Position numbers and translations under genes: made by a program. From NCBI GenBank assembly GCA_963664195.1, contig OY760907.1, positions 896,001 to 960,000 on the forward strand: a DNA stretch of 64,000 nt. The letters are read 5' to 3'. This DNA comes from an uncultured candidate division Zixibacteria bacterium. Lineage in GTDB: Bacteria; Zixibacteria; MSB-5A5; GN15; FEB-12. A model generated the notes under the pieces. It was given only the letters and a program-made list of their open reading frames with translations. It was not told where the DNA came from and ran no database searches. Below are positions 19,561-28,860 of this stretch, one piece after another (the stretch's first letter is position 1; every line of letters starts with the position of its first letter).

Positions 19561-19962
19561 CTAAGGAATCACCAGAAATGTTGAAAAGGTTTCGGAGTGG
19601 TGCAATTGATCCTGCCCTTCCCAGGAGACAGAAACGCTCAACTGGCATAGTTCGCTTGGAATGGACGAATCTGTCGTGCTGTCAATGAGGTTGGTGGTAC
19701 GATAGTAACAACCCTCCAGATCGGCCTCCTGCCCCGTCCACGGCATAGCCGGGAGCGAATCGAGAGCCTCGTATCGCTCAATCTGGGTTTTGATCAGCGT
19801 GGCAACAACACTGTTGTCCCTTGCCGTCACGTTGCTCTGTATTGAAGTGCCGATCATCAGCGCCATCCCGAGCAGCCCCACCGACATCAGGACCATACTC
19901 ACCAATACCTCGGGTAGGCCGACACCCTTCTCATTACGGATCTTTGACAGAAGTCTATTCAT
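19561..19962 (-). CDS. PilV-like minor pilin
   Basis: EKG|VGLPEVLVSM with Glu5; VSVSW; start at MNRLL. Confidence 0.82.
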   Translation of the reverse strand: MNRLLSKIRNEKGVGLPEVLVSMVLMSVGLLGMALMIGTSIQSNVTARDNSVVATLIKTQIERYEALDSLPAMPWTGQEADLEGCYYRTTNLIDSTTDSSIPSELCQLSVSVSWEGQDQLHHSETFSTFLVIP

Positions 19963-20248
19963 AGTAGTGCCCTCATTTGCCCATTTACAGACTAACTCCG
20001 TGCCGCAGTTGGGATCGCGGACACAGATGTCGGCCATCTCCTTGGCAGACCGTCAGATAGTGGGAGGGCGCGATATGAAAGAGAGCGGACCCTTCACGCC
20101 GAAGTTCAGATCCTGTACAGTAGGGTATGGTATTCCCCCCACACAATGGCCGGAAGACCCCACATATACATGGAAATAAACGGCTTAAGAATTTACCGTG
20201 GTGATCAAGCGCCGGTCACTTGTTGTGCAATAGAGCACCAAGCCTGTC

Positions 20249-20923
20249 CTATTTCTTCCCCTTGCCGAACAACACGCTGAAATCTATCGTGAATGACGGG
20301 CCGCTGTAGTTGGTACTGCCGCCGATAGGTTCCTTGAAATCGCTGTGTATGTTGACACCGGCAGTCGCTCCCAGCATAAACCGCCGGCTGAGCGCAAAAT
20401 CGATACCGGCCGACAACTGACCGCCGATTGCCAGTTCGGTCCGCTCCAGGCTTGTTATAACTACGCCCACAACCTCAACGTTCTGATTGCCGATAAACGG
20501 TCCGACCGCCGCGCCGATATGAGGTCGCACGGACGAAGTCAAACTCGACTTCAGCGGGTAGAACTTCATGCCGAGGAGAATCGGCGTGACCATCGCTCTT
20601 TCGGTTGCGACTTCGAACATCCCGGAGACGACCTGGACATCGGCGATCATCGACCCGAGACTCACAAACACGACCTGGTTTTCCGCCAGCCAGTGACCGT
20701 AGAAGATGCCGCCGTACGCACCGCTATTCTCGACGGTTGTCGTGACGAACCCGGCCTGGATTTCGACACGTGCGTCGGTCGTCTGGTTCCACCCACCGGC
20801 ATTGAGGCCGATCTGATGCCGCCCGTTGAGTGTCGTCTGCGCCGACGACACGCCGGCGAGTGCGAACACGGCGACGAGTGTGAATGCTACGACGGTTACG
20901 ATTGTGGTCTTTCGATTTTTCAT
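20249..20923 (-). CDS. Outer-membrane beta-barrel protein (OmpW/OmpA-like, 8-stranded)
   Basis: Signal peptide; alternating amphipathic strands; VRPHIGAAVG. Confidence 0.75.
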   Translation of the reverse strand: MKNRKTTIVTVVAFTLVAVFALAGVSSAQTTLNGRHQIGLNAGGWNQTTDARVEIQAGFVTTTVENSGAYGGIFYGHWLAENQVVFVSLGSMIADVQVVSGMFEVATERAMVTPILLGMKFYPLKSSLTSSVRPHIGAAVGPFIGNQNVEVVGVVITSLERTELAIGGQLSAGIDFALSRRFMLGATAGVNIHSDFKEPIGGSTNYSGPSFTIDFSVLFGKGKK

Positions 20924-21051
20924 TCTGTATGCCTCCGACAGCTCTTTGCCTTTGAAGAACGTTAAGACGTATGCCTACCGGAAGGTTTGGAATTGTGAGG
21001 GCGGGGGCAAGTAAAATCGGGAGCTAGTGGCTGACATGGGACGGGGGCTGT

Positions 21052-21081
21052 TGTAGGGAAGGTTTGTCTGCAAACCTGCCA
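21052..21081 (+). repeat. GTAG-type REP-like element, copy 1
   Basis: TGTAGGGAAGGTTTGTCTGCAAACCTGCCA, hairpin after GTAG. Confidence 0.65.
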
Positions 21082-21091
21082 GGGGAGCGAT

Positions 21092-22783
21092 TTAGACACC
21101 AGGATCGCATGTGGAGCGACCAGCTAACCAAGCTAGAGCTTCCTCCACTACGGAAGGTATTGGTGACGTACCGTCCGCTGCGATCAATCTAGCTTTTACC
21201 GCCTTGCCGAATCCGGCATACTTCTGGCACATCGCCTGATGCTCAACTTGTCCCATAGTCTCTCTCAAACACACTTCGTAGTTCCCATTAAAAGACCAGA
21301 CTCGTATCAGATCACATTCTGCTGTCAAGCCATCCAACTGGGCGTTGATCTCTTCCGCCACGTTGGCCACGGTTGTGTCCATAATATCGGTGTCGTATAG
21401 AACACCGACAGGAACGCCAAACGAAGACACTATGCGTGCAAACTCCAGTAGGTTTCGCTTCCCGCCGACCTCAACAATCGTCGAGTTCGAGCCGTTGAGA
21501 TCGTGGCCAAGCCTCCTAGCGTATTCTGGCAATGCCAACTTCTCAGTGTCTCCCTCGACCAAGAGGACTCTTGAAGCGAAGAACAACTCATTTCGCTCTG
21601 GGTCGAACTCTTTTATCAGCCGCTCTTCTCTAGCTTTGTCATATGAAAGAGATGAACTGGTGGCGGAGGTCACTCCACGTTCCCTACGAACCATCAGTAC
21701 GTTGTGGAACTCCGGCACGTTCACGAAATGCGGGGAGTGTGTAGTATAGATCACCTGATTCGTGTTTCCGATCTCCATCAGCGACTTGTGCAATGAGCGT
21801 TGCATCTGCGGATGCAGGAACATTTCGGGCTCCTCAACTAGAAACACTGCTCCTTTCTTCTTGGACTCCTCGTACGCTCTCAATATCGCAATGACCAAGG
21901 CGTTCTGAAAACCATCCCCTAACTCCGTAGCATCAATAGTGAATCCATCCTCCTTGATACGCAGTCCTAGAGCTCTGTAGAAATCCATACTGCTGAAAGG
22001 ACTAAAGTGCAGATCGAGTTTCTCGTTGTCCACCTCAGGATCAAAACCAAGCTGCCTCAGGGCGTGTTTCTTTATCCGGTTCTCCAGGTTCCAGAACTCA
22101 TCCGTGTATAGTAGTTCCATAGCGGCATCCATGAACCTCTGAAAGCGTTCGGACCTCCGCATCTCGACCATTTCTCCGTTGTTCGCCCGGACTGTGGTGG
22201 TGTTGCCCTCGCTATTGAAATCATCATTGATTGATTCCAGCATTACCCTCAGTAGTGAGTACTGACTACTGGGAAGATGGTGTCTCAATGCCCTGTTGGT
22301 TCCTATGTGGATTACTGGAATGGCAGCCTGGACCTCTGACGGTATTCGAGTGAGTGGCTCAAAGGCGGGCTTCTGCCCCTTCTTGAAGGCGCTCTTTGGT
22401 ACTTGGAGGCGTTTGCCCTTGCTGTTGAGGCATGCCTGCTCAAGCCTCCGCTCACCTTCTCGATCGCCCACTTTGTAAGTGGTATAGTGGAAGCTCAGTC
22501 CATGAACCTCAGCGACACCGCTGTATTTGAACCTCTGATAGGAGATCGGAGAATCCAAAGTCAGTTGAATCAGAATGTCCTTGAAGGGGTCCTTTCCGTG
22601 TATGTCATCAACGGAGAAGCTGTCGGCGCTTATCCAGCTTCGCCCCAACACTCTCTTTATTGCCAGCAGCAGATTGGATTTGCCTGAGTTGTTCGCCCCC
22701 ACCAAAGCGCAAATCCTGGGGAGGGCTATGTCGAGTATCTCAAAGGACCGGAAATTCTCGATTCTGATTCTCGCTATTCTCAT
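21092..22783 (-). CDS. OLD-family ATP-dependent nuclease (ABC ATPase + Toprim)
   Basis: IENFRSF, GANNSGKSN, LGDGFQ, EEPEMFLHP, TTHSP, Toprim LVEGDTE, VGGK, DTD. Confidence 0.92.
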   Translation of the reverse strand: MRIARIRIENFRSFEILDIALPRICALVGANNSGKSNLLLAIKRVLGRSWISADSFSVDDIHGKDPFKDILIQLTLDSPISYQRFKYSGVAEVHGLSFHYTTYKVGDREGERRLEQACLNSKGKRLQVPKSAFKKGQKPAFEPLTRIPSEVQAAIPVIHIGTNRALRHHLPSSQYSLLRVMLESINDDFNSEGNTTTVRANNGEMVEMRRSERFQRFMDAAMELLYTDEFWNLENRIKKHALRQLGFDPEVDNEKLDLHFSPFSSMDFYRALGLRIKEDGFTIDATELGDGFQNALVIAILRAYEESKKKGAVFLVEEPEMFLHPQMQRSLHKSLMEIGNTNQVIYTTHSPHFVNVPEFHNVLMVRRERGVTSATSSSLSYDKAREERLIKEFDPERNELFFASRVLLVEGDTEKLALPEYARRLGHDLNGSNSTIVEVGGKRNLLEFARIVSSFGVPVGVLYDTDIMDTTVANVAEEINAQLDGLTAECDLIRVWSFNGNYEVCLRETMGQVEHQAMCQKYAGFGKAVKARLIAADGTSPIPSVVEEALAWLAGRSTCDPGV

Positions 22784-23001
22784 CTTGCCGCTCCAAGGTG
22801 ACATACGGCCACGCGCACAGTCACATCAACATTGGTTCTCCTCATCCCCGCTGTCATATCAATCGCTGAATGGGTGGCACGCGTGGCGTGCCGAGATTCC
22901 CCGTCGATAATATACGATACATCGGTCTATGTGGCAAGGGGACTTGCGGAAAAAGTGGAGAAAAGAGGATAATGTGTCAGGTTCGATGCATCAGACACAG
23001 A

Positions 23002-23031
23002 TGGCGGATTCGAAGACGGATCCGCCCTACA
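23002..23031 (-). repeat. GTAG-type REP-like element, copy 2
   Basis: Minus strand TGTAGGGCGGATCCGTCTTCGAATCCGCCA. Confidence 0.7.
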
Positions 23032-23039
23032 GGAACGGA

Positions 23040-24026
23040 CTACACAAACTTCACGCCCTCGATTACCGGGGTGCCGTTGGCGATTCGTTCTGTGCGGTCT
23101 TTCATGAACGCCCGCACCCAGTCGCCGTCGTCGATTGCGTCCGCCATGTACAGCACTACGTACAACTCCGCCTCGCGAAGTTTCAAAAAGTCCGGCACGT
23201 ACTCAAACCAAACCGGATCCAGGCTGTACTCCTGCGCGTATCCCTCTTTCAGCAAATCCCAGTACCTTTGAGCCGATGCGGGGTCGTCGCCGAGCGAAGT
23301 GTCCCGAATGGCATAGAAAAACGGCATCGCGAGATCGTACGCAAACCAGTTGTAATTGCAGTCATCGAAATCAATCGCCACCAGCGACCCGTCGTCGACA
23401 ATCAGGTTGCCGTGGTGAAGGTCGCTGTGGACCAACCCGTAGCTGTCGCTATCAATCGGAAGCTGCTTGAGTTTTGTCTCCAGCGCGATCATCGCCGCCT
23501 TTGCTTTGGTCTGGTCCTCGGGAACGCAATCCAAATGTCTGAACGACTCGTCGTACCAGTGGCTGCGGGTCGTCGCCTCGCTGCCGGGGCGGTAGTCTTT
23601 CGTCAGAGCGTGCATTTTTCCTACGATGCGCCCCCAGCCTCTGATGCCGTTGTCATCCCAATCAGATATCCGCCGGGTGTCGCCCGGGGCCTTTTCGAAG
23701 ACGTACACTATGAAATACGAATCCTCTACCTCGATCACTTCCAGCAGGTTGCCGTTCGCCGAAGGAATCACCGCACAAACCGACACGCCGTTTTTGGACA
23801 GGTAGTCCACCCATTCGAGTTCCCCCGTCACCTGATCCGGAGTCCGGTGCAGCGAGTGCGTGAGTTTCAGAATGTAGCAACGCGTGTCCTTCTCGAACTC
23901 GAACACGAGGCTTTCGAATCCGCCCAGCAACTTGAGCTTTTCGATATCGATACTGAAAAGAGCGCTTACTTTGCCGAGGATCGACTCGTTGTGATTGTCA
24001 TACAGCGTTTGGCTTCGGGGGTCCAT
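23040..24026 (-). CDS. APH/homoserine kinase type II-like phosphotransferase
   Basis: YILKL, GLVHSDLHHGN, IDFDD, YDLA; start at MDPRS. Confidence 0.88.
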   Translation of the reverse strand: MDPRSQTLYDNHNESILGKVSALFSIDIEKLKLLGGFESLVFEFEKDTRCYILKLTHSLHRTPDQVTGELEWVDYLSKNGVSVCAVIPSANGNLLEVIEVEDSYFIVYVFEKAPGDTRRISDWDDNGIRGWGRIVGKMHALTKDYRPGSEATTRSHWYDESFRHLDCVPEDQTKAKAAMIALETKLKQLPIDSDSYGLVHSDLHHGNLIVDDGSLVAIDFDDCNYNWFAYDLAMPFFYAIRDTSLGDDPASAQRYWDLLKEGYAQEYSLDPVWFEYVPDFLKLREAELYVVLYMADAIDDGDWVRAFMKDRTERIANGTPVIEGVKFV

Positions 24027-24207
24027 CGGGGTCCTTTCGTGTATGCGTTGCCAGTGCAAACATAATACTACATTCCTCACCAGACGTAAACCGGGCAGGG
24101 TTGTTCGCAATTATCGCTAGGCCAATCGGACAACATTTGTTATATATAGGGACTTGGAACTCCCGAGAGTGTCGGGGGTAAACAGGTTGGATGATAAAGG
24201 TCTGTCC

Positions 24208-24669
24208 GTGATACGAATAGTAGCAGTTACATCAATACTTCTGCAGTTGTACGCGTCGTTTGCCGCCAACCTGGATTGTTGGATAGGCATTCCGGACCCG
24301 TGCCCGGTAGTAACATCACCGTGCGGTGGATGCATGGTGGTGCCGGAGCCGGTCCCCTTTTTCACGTATATCTCGCAGCCGCTTTGCTGCACCGTGGCGG
24401 ACCGACCCGAGTTGCCCTGTTCACACAAAGCCAAAACTTCGTGCGGTCAGGACCTGAAGTGCACGCCAATCGAGCGTTGCTGCACTCTGATTTTGGTCCG
24501 TCGACAGACCGAAGGGGTCGTCTTTGAGTTATCAACTCCGACGGCCGAGCCTCCTGCATCGACGTTTGCATTCGACGACCTATTGTCTCAATCAATAGAC
24601 GTTCAAGGGAAGATCATTCCCGCCAGAGGAGTTCATCCCGCAATCGCCTCCACGGTGTTACTGATCTGA
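24208..24669 (+). CDS. Cys-rich exported leader-like protein ending STVLLI (CzcI/DUF2946-like)
   Basis: Hydrophobic N-terminus from GTG 24208, clustered Cys (CGGC, CC), C-terminus shared with the 61699-62124 ORF. Confidence 0.6.
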   Translation: MIRIVAVTSILLQLYASFAANLDCWIGIPDPCPVVTSPCGGCMVVPEPVPFFTYISQPLCCTVADRPELPCSHKAKTSCGQDLKCTPIERCCTLILVRRQTEGVVFELSTPTAEPPASTFAFDDLLSQSIDVQGKIIPARGVHPAIASTVLLI

Positions 24670-24748
24670 TACGTGCACGGGCCTGCGTTTGCACGGCTCG
24701 AACCGTAGCGCAATTTCAAAACAGTAACATTGATCCTAACAAAGGAGA

Positions 24749-25201
24749 ATGGGTGTGAAAAGGCATCATATTCTTAGCATATTGACGTGTGCCCTGGTCC
24801 TCATGTTCGCATTCAGCAACGTGGCTCTGGCCGGAGGCTCGAGCTGTTCCCCGCTCTGCAAGGGCAAGTGTCCGTCGACGGAAAAAGCGAAGGCATCCGA
24901 TACCAAAGCCATCTCGGCCAAGGATGCCACAAAGGCCGGTCAGGCCTGCTCTGCTGCCTGCAAAGAGACCTGCGCGCAGAAGTGTACCAAGGAATGCGCA
25001 GAAGACTGTAAGGGTTGTGCCTGCAAGGTGACAGCTGACGGCAAAATGGATTGCAGCAAATGTACCTGCAAGGCCTGCAAGGATTGCCGCGCCAAGGTCG
25101 GTGCCAAGTCTGCAGGTACGGTGAAGGCATCATCGTGCGCCGCCAAGGGATGCACGAGCAGTTGCACCAAGGCTACCAAGGCTTCCGCCTCCGGCAAGTG
25201 A
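24749..25201 (+). CDS. Exported Cys/Lys/Ala-rich metallothionein-like protein
   Basis: Signal peptide ending ALA; 19 Cys in the mature part with CxxxC/CxC/CxxC spacing, no aromatic residues; RBS AAGGAG. Confidence 0.75.
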   Translation: MGVKRHHILSILTCALVLMFAFSNVALAGGSSCSPLCKGKCPSTEKAKASDTKAISAKDATKAGQACSAACKETCAQKCTKECAEDCKGCACKVTADGKMDCSKCTCKACKDCRAKVGAKSAGTVKASSCAAKGCTSSCTKATKASASGK

Positions 25202-25229
25202 CCGCATATACGACAGCGACCTAATAAGA

Positions 25230-25257
25230 AAGGCCACCCCATTGCAGGGTGGCCTTG
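25230..25257. terminator. Hairpin terminator between convergent genes
   Basis: AAGGCCACCC-CATTGCA-GGGTGGCCTT. Confidence 0.6.
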
Positions 25258-25331
25258 TCGCTGCTGAGAGGGAAGGATCGCATCGCATGCCTATGACCCT
25301 TCCATAGGGACTGTCTCTCAGGGCGTTTTCA

Positions 25332-26123
25332 TCAGAAACTCAGTCCCACCAGCAAGTGAGACATCTCAGACTCGGGGTTGATGACAAACGAAACCGTAAG
25401 CGGCAGATTGAGTGTCTCCGATACCTGAATGTCGCGCGAGGCAGTTACGCCCAGGTTGATGAAAGCAAACTCATCGGCACCGTAGTAGCCCGGGTTGTCC
25501 TCGCTTCCGGGGGTCACGCCGCAGAAGAAACCAAGCTCGTATTCATTCACCATGACCGGGTAGTCCAGTTGGAAGTACGCGTTGTTTCCGGCATCGTTGT
25601 GCACGTTGAAATATCCCGACAGCGTCACCGGAAAGCTTGACGGTCCGGTAATCGACAGGCCGATTTCCAGTGTGTGGGCGCCGCCGTAGAAGTATGAGCT
25701 ATCCGCCGTGCCCGCTTCATCGTCGATCACCATGACCAGAGTCGAGTCTCCGTCGCCGTCGAAATTGGAAAACTTCAAACCGGCGTTCGGATAGTAGTAA
25801 TCCGTAATCATTGCTGAAAACGCCACGCCGCTCTCCAATTCGCGGGTGTAGCTGAGCCAGAAGTCGATCTCGTCGCAATCGGATTGCTCGTTGGAGAGCG
25901 TGTACGCTCCCCAGGTACCCAACTCAAGACCGGCATAGCTGACTGAAAGGAACGGCTGGATCGACGGAGTGTTGGCAATGTCGCCGCCACGCCACACATA
26001 ACGGTTGTACAAATCAACTCCCGTGTTCACGCTGATGCTCTCCTGAGCAAATGCCGTAGCCGACAGGCCGGTGATCAGTATGACCAACAGCAACGTCTTC
26101 AAAGCGGTGTTTTTCGACAGCAT
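25332..26123 (-). CDS. Putative outer-membrane porin (TorF-like) co-transcribed with amtB
   Basis: Signal peptide; YNRYVWRG, SIQP, EIDF, TDYYYP; C-terminal Phe. Confidence 0.75.
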   Translation of the reverse strand: MLSKNTALKTLLLVILITGLSATAFAQESISVNTGVDLYNRYVWRGGDIANTPSIQPFLSVSYAGLELGTWGAYTLSNEQSDCDEIDFWLSYTRELESGVAFSAMITDYYYPNAGLKFSNFDGDGDSTLVMVIDDEAGTADSSYFYGGAHTLEIGLSITGPSSFPVTLSGYFNVHNDAGNNAYFQLDYPVMVNEYELGFFCGVTPGSEDNPGYYGADEFAFINLGVTASRDIQVSETLNLPLTVSFVINPESEMSHLLVGLSF

Positions 26124-26146
26124 GTGAAATCTCCTTTTTCAGTCAA

Positions 26147-27352
26147 TCAGTTAACGTAAGCCTGCTCGCCGTGGAGAGATTCATCGAGTGTCGATTCCTC
26201 GTCCTCGGATGTTTTGACAGTGGTTATCTTGTTGATAATCCACAACATGCCGTAAGTGAAGGCAAATGCATACACTGAGGATACCAGGATAGCGACAAGC
26301 TCTTTGATGAAGAAGTCAGACCCGCCGAAGAAGAGACCGTTGGCACCGGCCGGGTTCACCAGGGTGCTTCCCAGCAAGCCTAGCATGATGATTCCCAATG
26401 CGCCGCCGACTCCGTGAACACCCCAGACGTCAAGGGCATCGTCCCAACCCCACTTGTTTTTCAGGCTGACGGCCCCGTAGCACACCAGACCGGCACAGAC
26501 GCCGATAATCGCAGCCGAACCCGGGGAAACAAATGCTGCCGCCGGCGTGATAGTGGCCAGTCCCGCAACGGCACCGGTCAGCAAACCGACAAACCTCGGC
26601 TTCTTGGAGAGAACCCATTCGAGCAGCAACCAGGAAATGGCAGCGAATGATGCGGCTATGTCTGTGTTGACAAAAGCCAACGCGGTAACTGAATCGACCT
26701 GAAGTTCACTGCCGGCATTGAAACCGTACCAGCCAAACCAGAGAAGACCGGTTCCCAATGCTACCAGCGGAATACTGTGAGGTCCCGTTTCGGCCACACG
26801 CCGTCGACCAACGAAGAGCACTGAGGCAAGAGCCGCCATACCGGCGATGTTGTGTACGGCGATACCTCCTGCGAAGTCCAGTACGCCCCACTCGGCCAGA
26901 AGACCGCCGCCCCAGATCATATGGACAAATGGGAAATACACGAGGACAAGCCAAGCGACGAGGAATAACAGGTAAGCCGGGAACCGCACACGATTCGAGA
27001 AGGCTCCGGTAATCAGCGCCGGGGTGATAATCGCAAACATCATCTGGTAAGCGAAAAACACGAACATCGGAATCTGACCGTCGCCGAACGGCGTCATGAG
27101 ATCTACACCGTTGAGAAAAGCCATATCAAGGTTTCCGATAATGCCACCTTCACCGCCGCTGAAACAGAGTGAAAAACCTATGGCATACCACAGAATTGTA
27201 GTAACCCCCATAGAGACGAAACTTTGGATCATGATGGAGAGAACGTTCTTGCGTCCTACCAATCCACCGTAGAAAAATGCCAGGCCGGGAGTCATTAACA
27301 TTACGAGACTCGTGGCCACGAGCATAAATCCAGTATTGCCCGTATCAAACAT
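26147..27352 (-). CDS. amtB: Ammonium transporter AmtB
   Basis: MTPGLAFFYGG, QMMFAIITPAL, DFAGGIAVH, LLWFGWYGFNAGS, DDALDVWGVHG (twin His intact). Confidence 0.96.
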   Translation of the reverse strand: MFDTGNTGFMLVATSLVMLMTPGLAFFYGGLVGRKNVLSIMIQSFVSMGVTTILWYAIGFSLCFSGGEGGIIGNLDMAFLNGVDLMTPFGDGQIPMFVFFAYQMMFAIITPALITGAFSNRVRFPAYLLFLVAWLVLVYFPFVHMIWGGGLLAEWGVLDFAGGIAVHNIAGMAALASVLFVGRRRVAETGPHSIPLVALGTGLLWFGWYGFNAGSELQVDSVTALAFVNTDIAASFAAISWLLLEWVLSKKPRFVGLLTGAVAGLATITPAAAFVSPGSAAIIGVCAGLVCYGAVSLKNKWGWDDALDVWGVHGVGGALGIIMLGLLGSTLVNPAGANGLFFGGSDFFIKELVAILVSSVYAFAFTYGMLWIINKITTVKTSEDEESTLDESLHGEQAYVN

Positions 27353-27379
27353 GTTGTTCCTCCTTCTTCAGGTGGAAAC

Positions 27380-27422
27380 AGTATGCTTTGTCGCGGCAAA
27401 TACGAAAATAGGGGAATCCCTG
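27380..27422 (-). promoter_or_regulatory. Candidate amtB promoter with NarL/LuxR-family box
   Basis: TAGGG-GAAT-CCCTG at 27409-27422 centred about -42 from a minus-strand -10 CATACT (27385-27380). Confidence 0.5.
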
Positions 27423-27488
27423 AATGTGCCCTGCTAAATACCTTACTCAGGATTAACAGGAGAACGCACCAAACCGAGCAGGTTACGT

Positions 27489-28136
27489 TCAATCGAGCGG
27501 AGTAAGGCCCTCGCGGATAGCGTACTTGGTCAATTCGGCAATGCTGTGAAGGTCGAGTTTATCCATGATTTGCTTGCGGTGGCTTTCGACCGTTTTCACG
27601 CTGATCTTCAGCATATCCGCGGCGTCTTTGGTGGACCGGCCCTCTGCAAGAATCTGGAGGACCTCGCGCTCACGTCCGGTAAGCGGAGAGTCTGAAACGC
27701 CCCGGTCATCTCGGATCCAATTGACGTAGTCCCGGAGAACCTGATCTCGCACCGACATGCTGAAAAAGAACTCCCCCTCCTGCACGGCCCGTATCGCCTC
27801 GACAACTTCGGCAGCGGCGGACTCTTTCAGGAGGTAGCCTCGTGCGCCGATGCGGAGCGATTCTTTGATGAATCTTCGATCGTCGTGCATGGAAAGCATG
27901 ATGATTTTCGTGTCAGGAAGATCGCGAAGAATCCGGCGACCGGCGTCAATGCCGTTCAACCGGGGCATGGAGATGTCCAGAAGAATGATATCCGGCTTAT
28001 GCTTCAGGGCAAGTTCGGTGGCCTCGAAACCATTCCCTGCTACAGCAACAACATCCAACTTCGGTTGCTGATCAAGCAGGGACCGGAGGCCGTCGACCAG
28101 CAGTTGATGATCATCGGCAACAAGTATCCTAATCAT
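27489..28136 (-). CDS. NarL/LuxR-family response regulator
   Basis: ADDH, LLDISMP, LSMH, GYLLK, LTGREREVL, KTVESHR. Confidence 0.95.
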   Translation of the reverse strand: MIRILVADDHQLLVDGLRSLLDQQPKLDVVAVAGNGFEATELALKHKPDIILLDISMPRLNGIDAGRRILRDLPDTKIIMLSMHDDRRFIKESLRIGARGYLLKESAAAEVVEAIRAVQEGEFFFSMSVRDQVLRDYVNWIRDDRGVSDSPLTGREREVLQILAEGRSTKDAADMLKISVKTVESHRKQIMDKLDLHSIAELTKYAIREGLTPLD

Positions 28137-28860
28137 TGTCGACCTCAGGATGCAGGTTGTACGCGGTTGACATGGCCACACGAACACCTTTACCCGGCGT
28201 AGATTCTACAGTGATGTCACCTCCAAGATAGGATAGCCGTTCACGGATGCTAAATAACCCAAAACAGTTGGCATCAGTCAATCTTGCCTCATACGAGGTC
28301 GTATCAAAACCCTGACCGTTGTCAGTAACAGATACCTCCAAACCATCCTCTTTCCAAATAGTGTGAATCTTGATGCGAGTAGCCGAGGCATGTTTCACCG
28401 CATTCGTAACCAACTCCTGAACGGCCTTGAAGAAGAACACGCTGATTTCCTCCGAAAGCTCCCGGAATGTCCCGGACTCGGATGACCCGACCTGGATGTC
28501 ATGACGATTGCTCGTGCGCTCAGCCAACCAGTCAAGCGCCGCGGGAAGACCCAATTCGTACAACACCGGGGGACTGATCTCGACGGTTAGATTGCGGGTA
28601 TACGTGATGGTCTGCCTCAGAATCGACAATATCTCGGAGAAATCCTCCTCCATACCGGAGAACACCGCGTTGCCCTGCAGTCTGCTTACTTTCTGCGATA
28701 CATACGCCAGCGCCTGTCCGATATGGTCATGCAGGTCCGAGGCAATCTCTCGACGTTCCCGCGCCTCGGCCAGCGACAGCTCCGATGCCAGACGGCGAAG
28801 TTGCCGTTGATAGCTCCGAATCTGTTGTTCTGTTTCTGACGTGTCCGCCATCCCGTTCAT
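28129..28860 (-). CDS. HisKA_3 histidine kinase lacking sensor and TM domains
   Basis: ERREIASDLHDHIGQAL H-box, QELVTNAVKHA, DNGQGF, FGLFSIRER; in-frame stop 13 codons upstream of start. Confidence 0.92.
   Translation of the reverse strand: MNGMADTSETEQQIRSYQRQLRRLASELSLAEARERREIASDLHDHIGQALAYVSQKVSRLQGNAVFSGMEEDFSEILSILRQTITYTRNLTVEISPPVLYELGLPAALDWLAERTSNRHDIQVGSSESGTFRELSEEISVFFFKAVQELVTNAVKHASATRIKIHTIWKEDGLEVSVTDNGQGFDTTSYEARLTDANCFGLFSIRERLSYLGGDITVESTPGKGVRVAMSTAYNLHPEVDND

Noticed and set aside
21092..22783. Gabija or retron system
   Set aside because: No adjacent UvrD-like helicase or reverse transcriptase
22929..24065. Long antisense ORFs (also 5373-6371, 44904-45914, 47069-48046, 54109-55218, 56318-57361)
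   Set aside because: Shadows of well-supported opposite-strand genes in GC-rich DNA; no motifs
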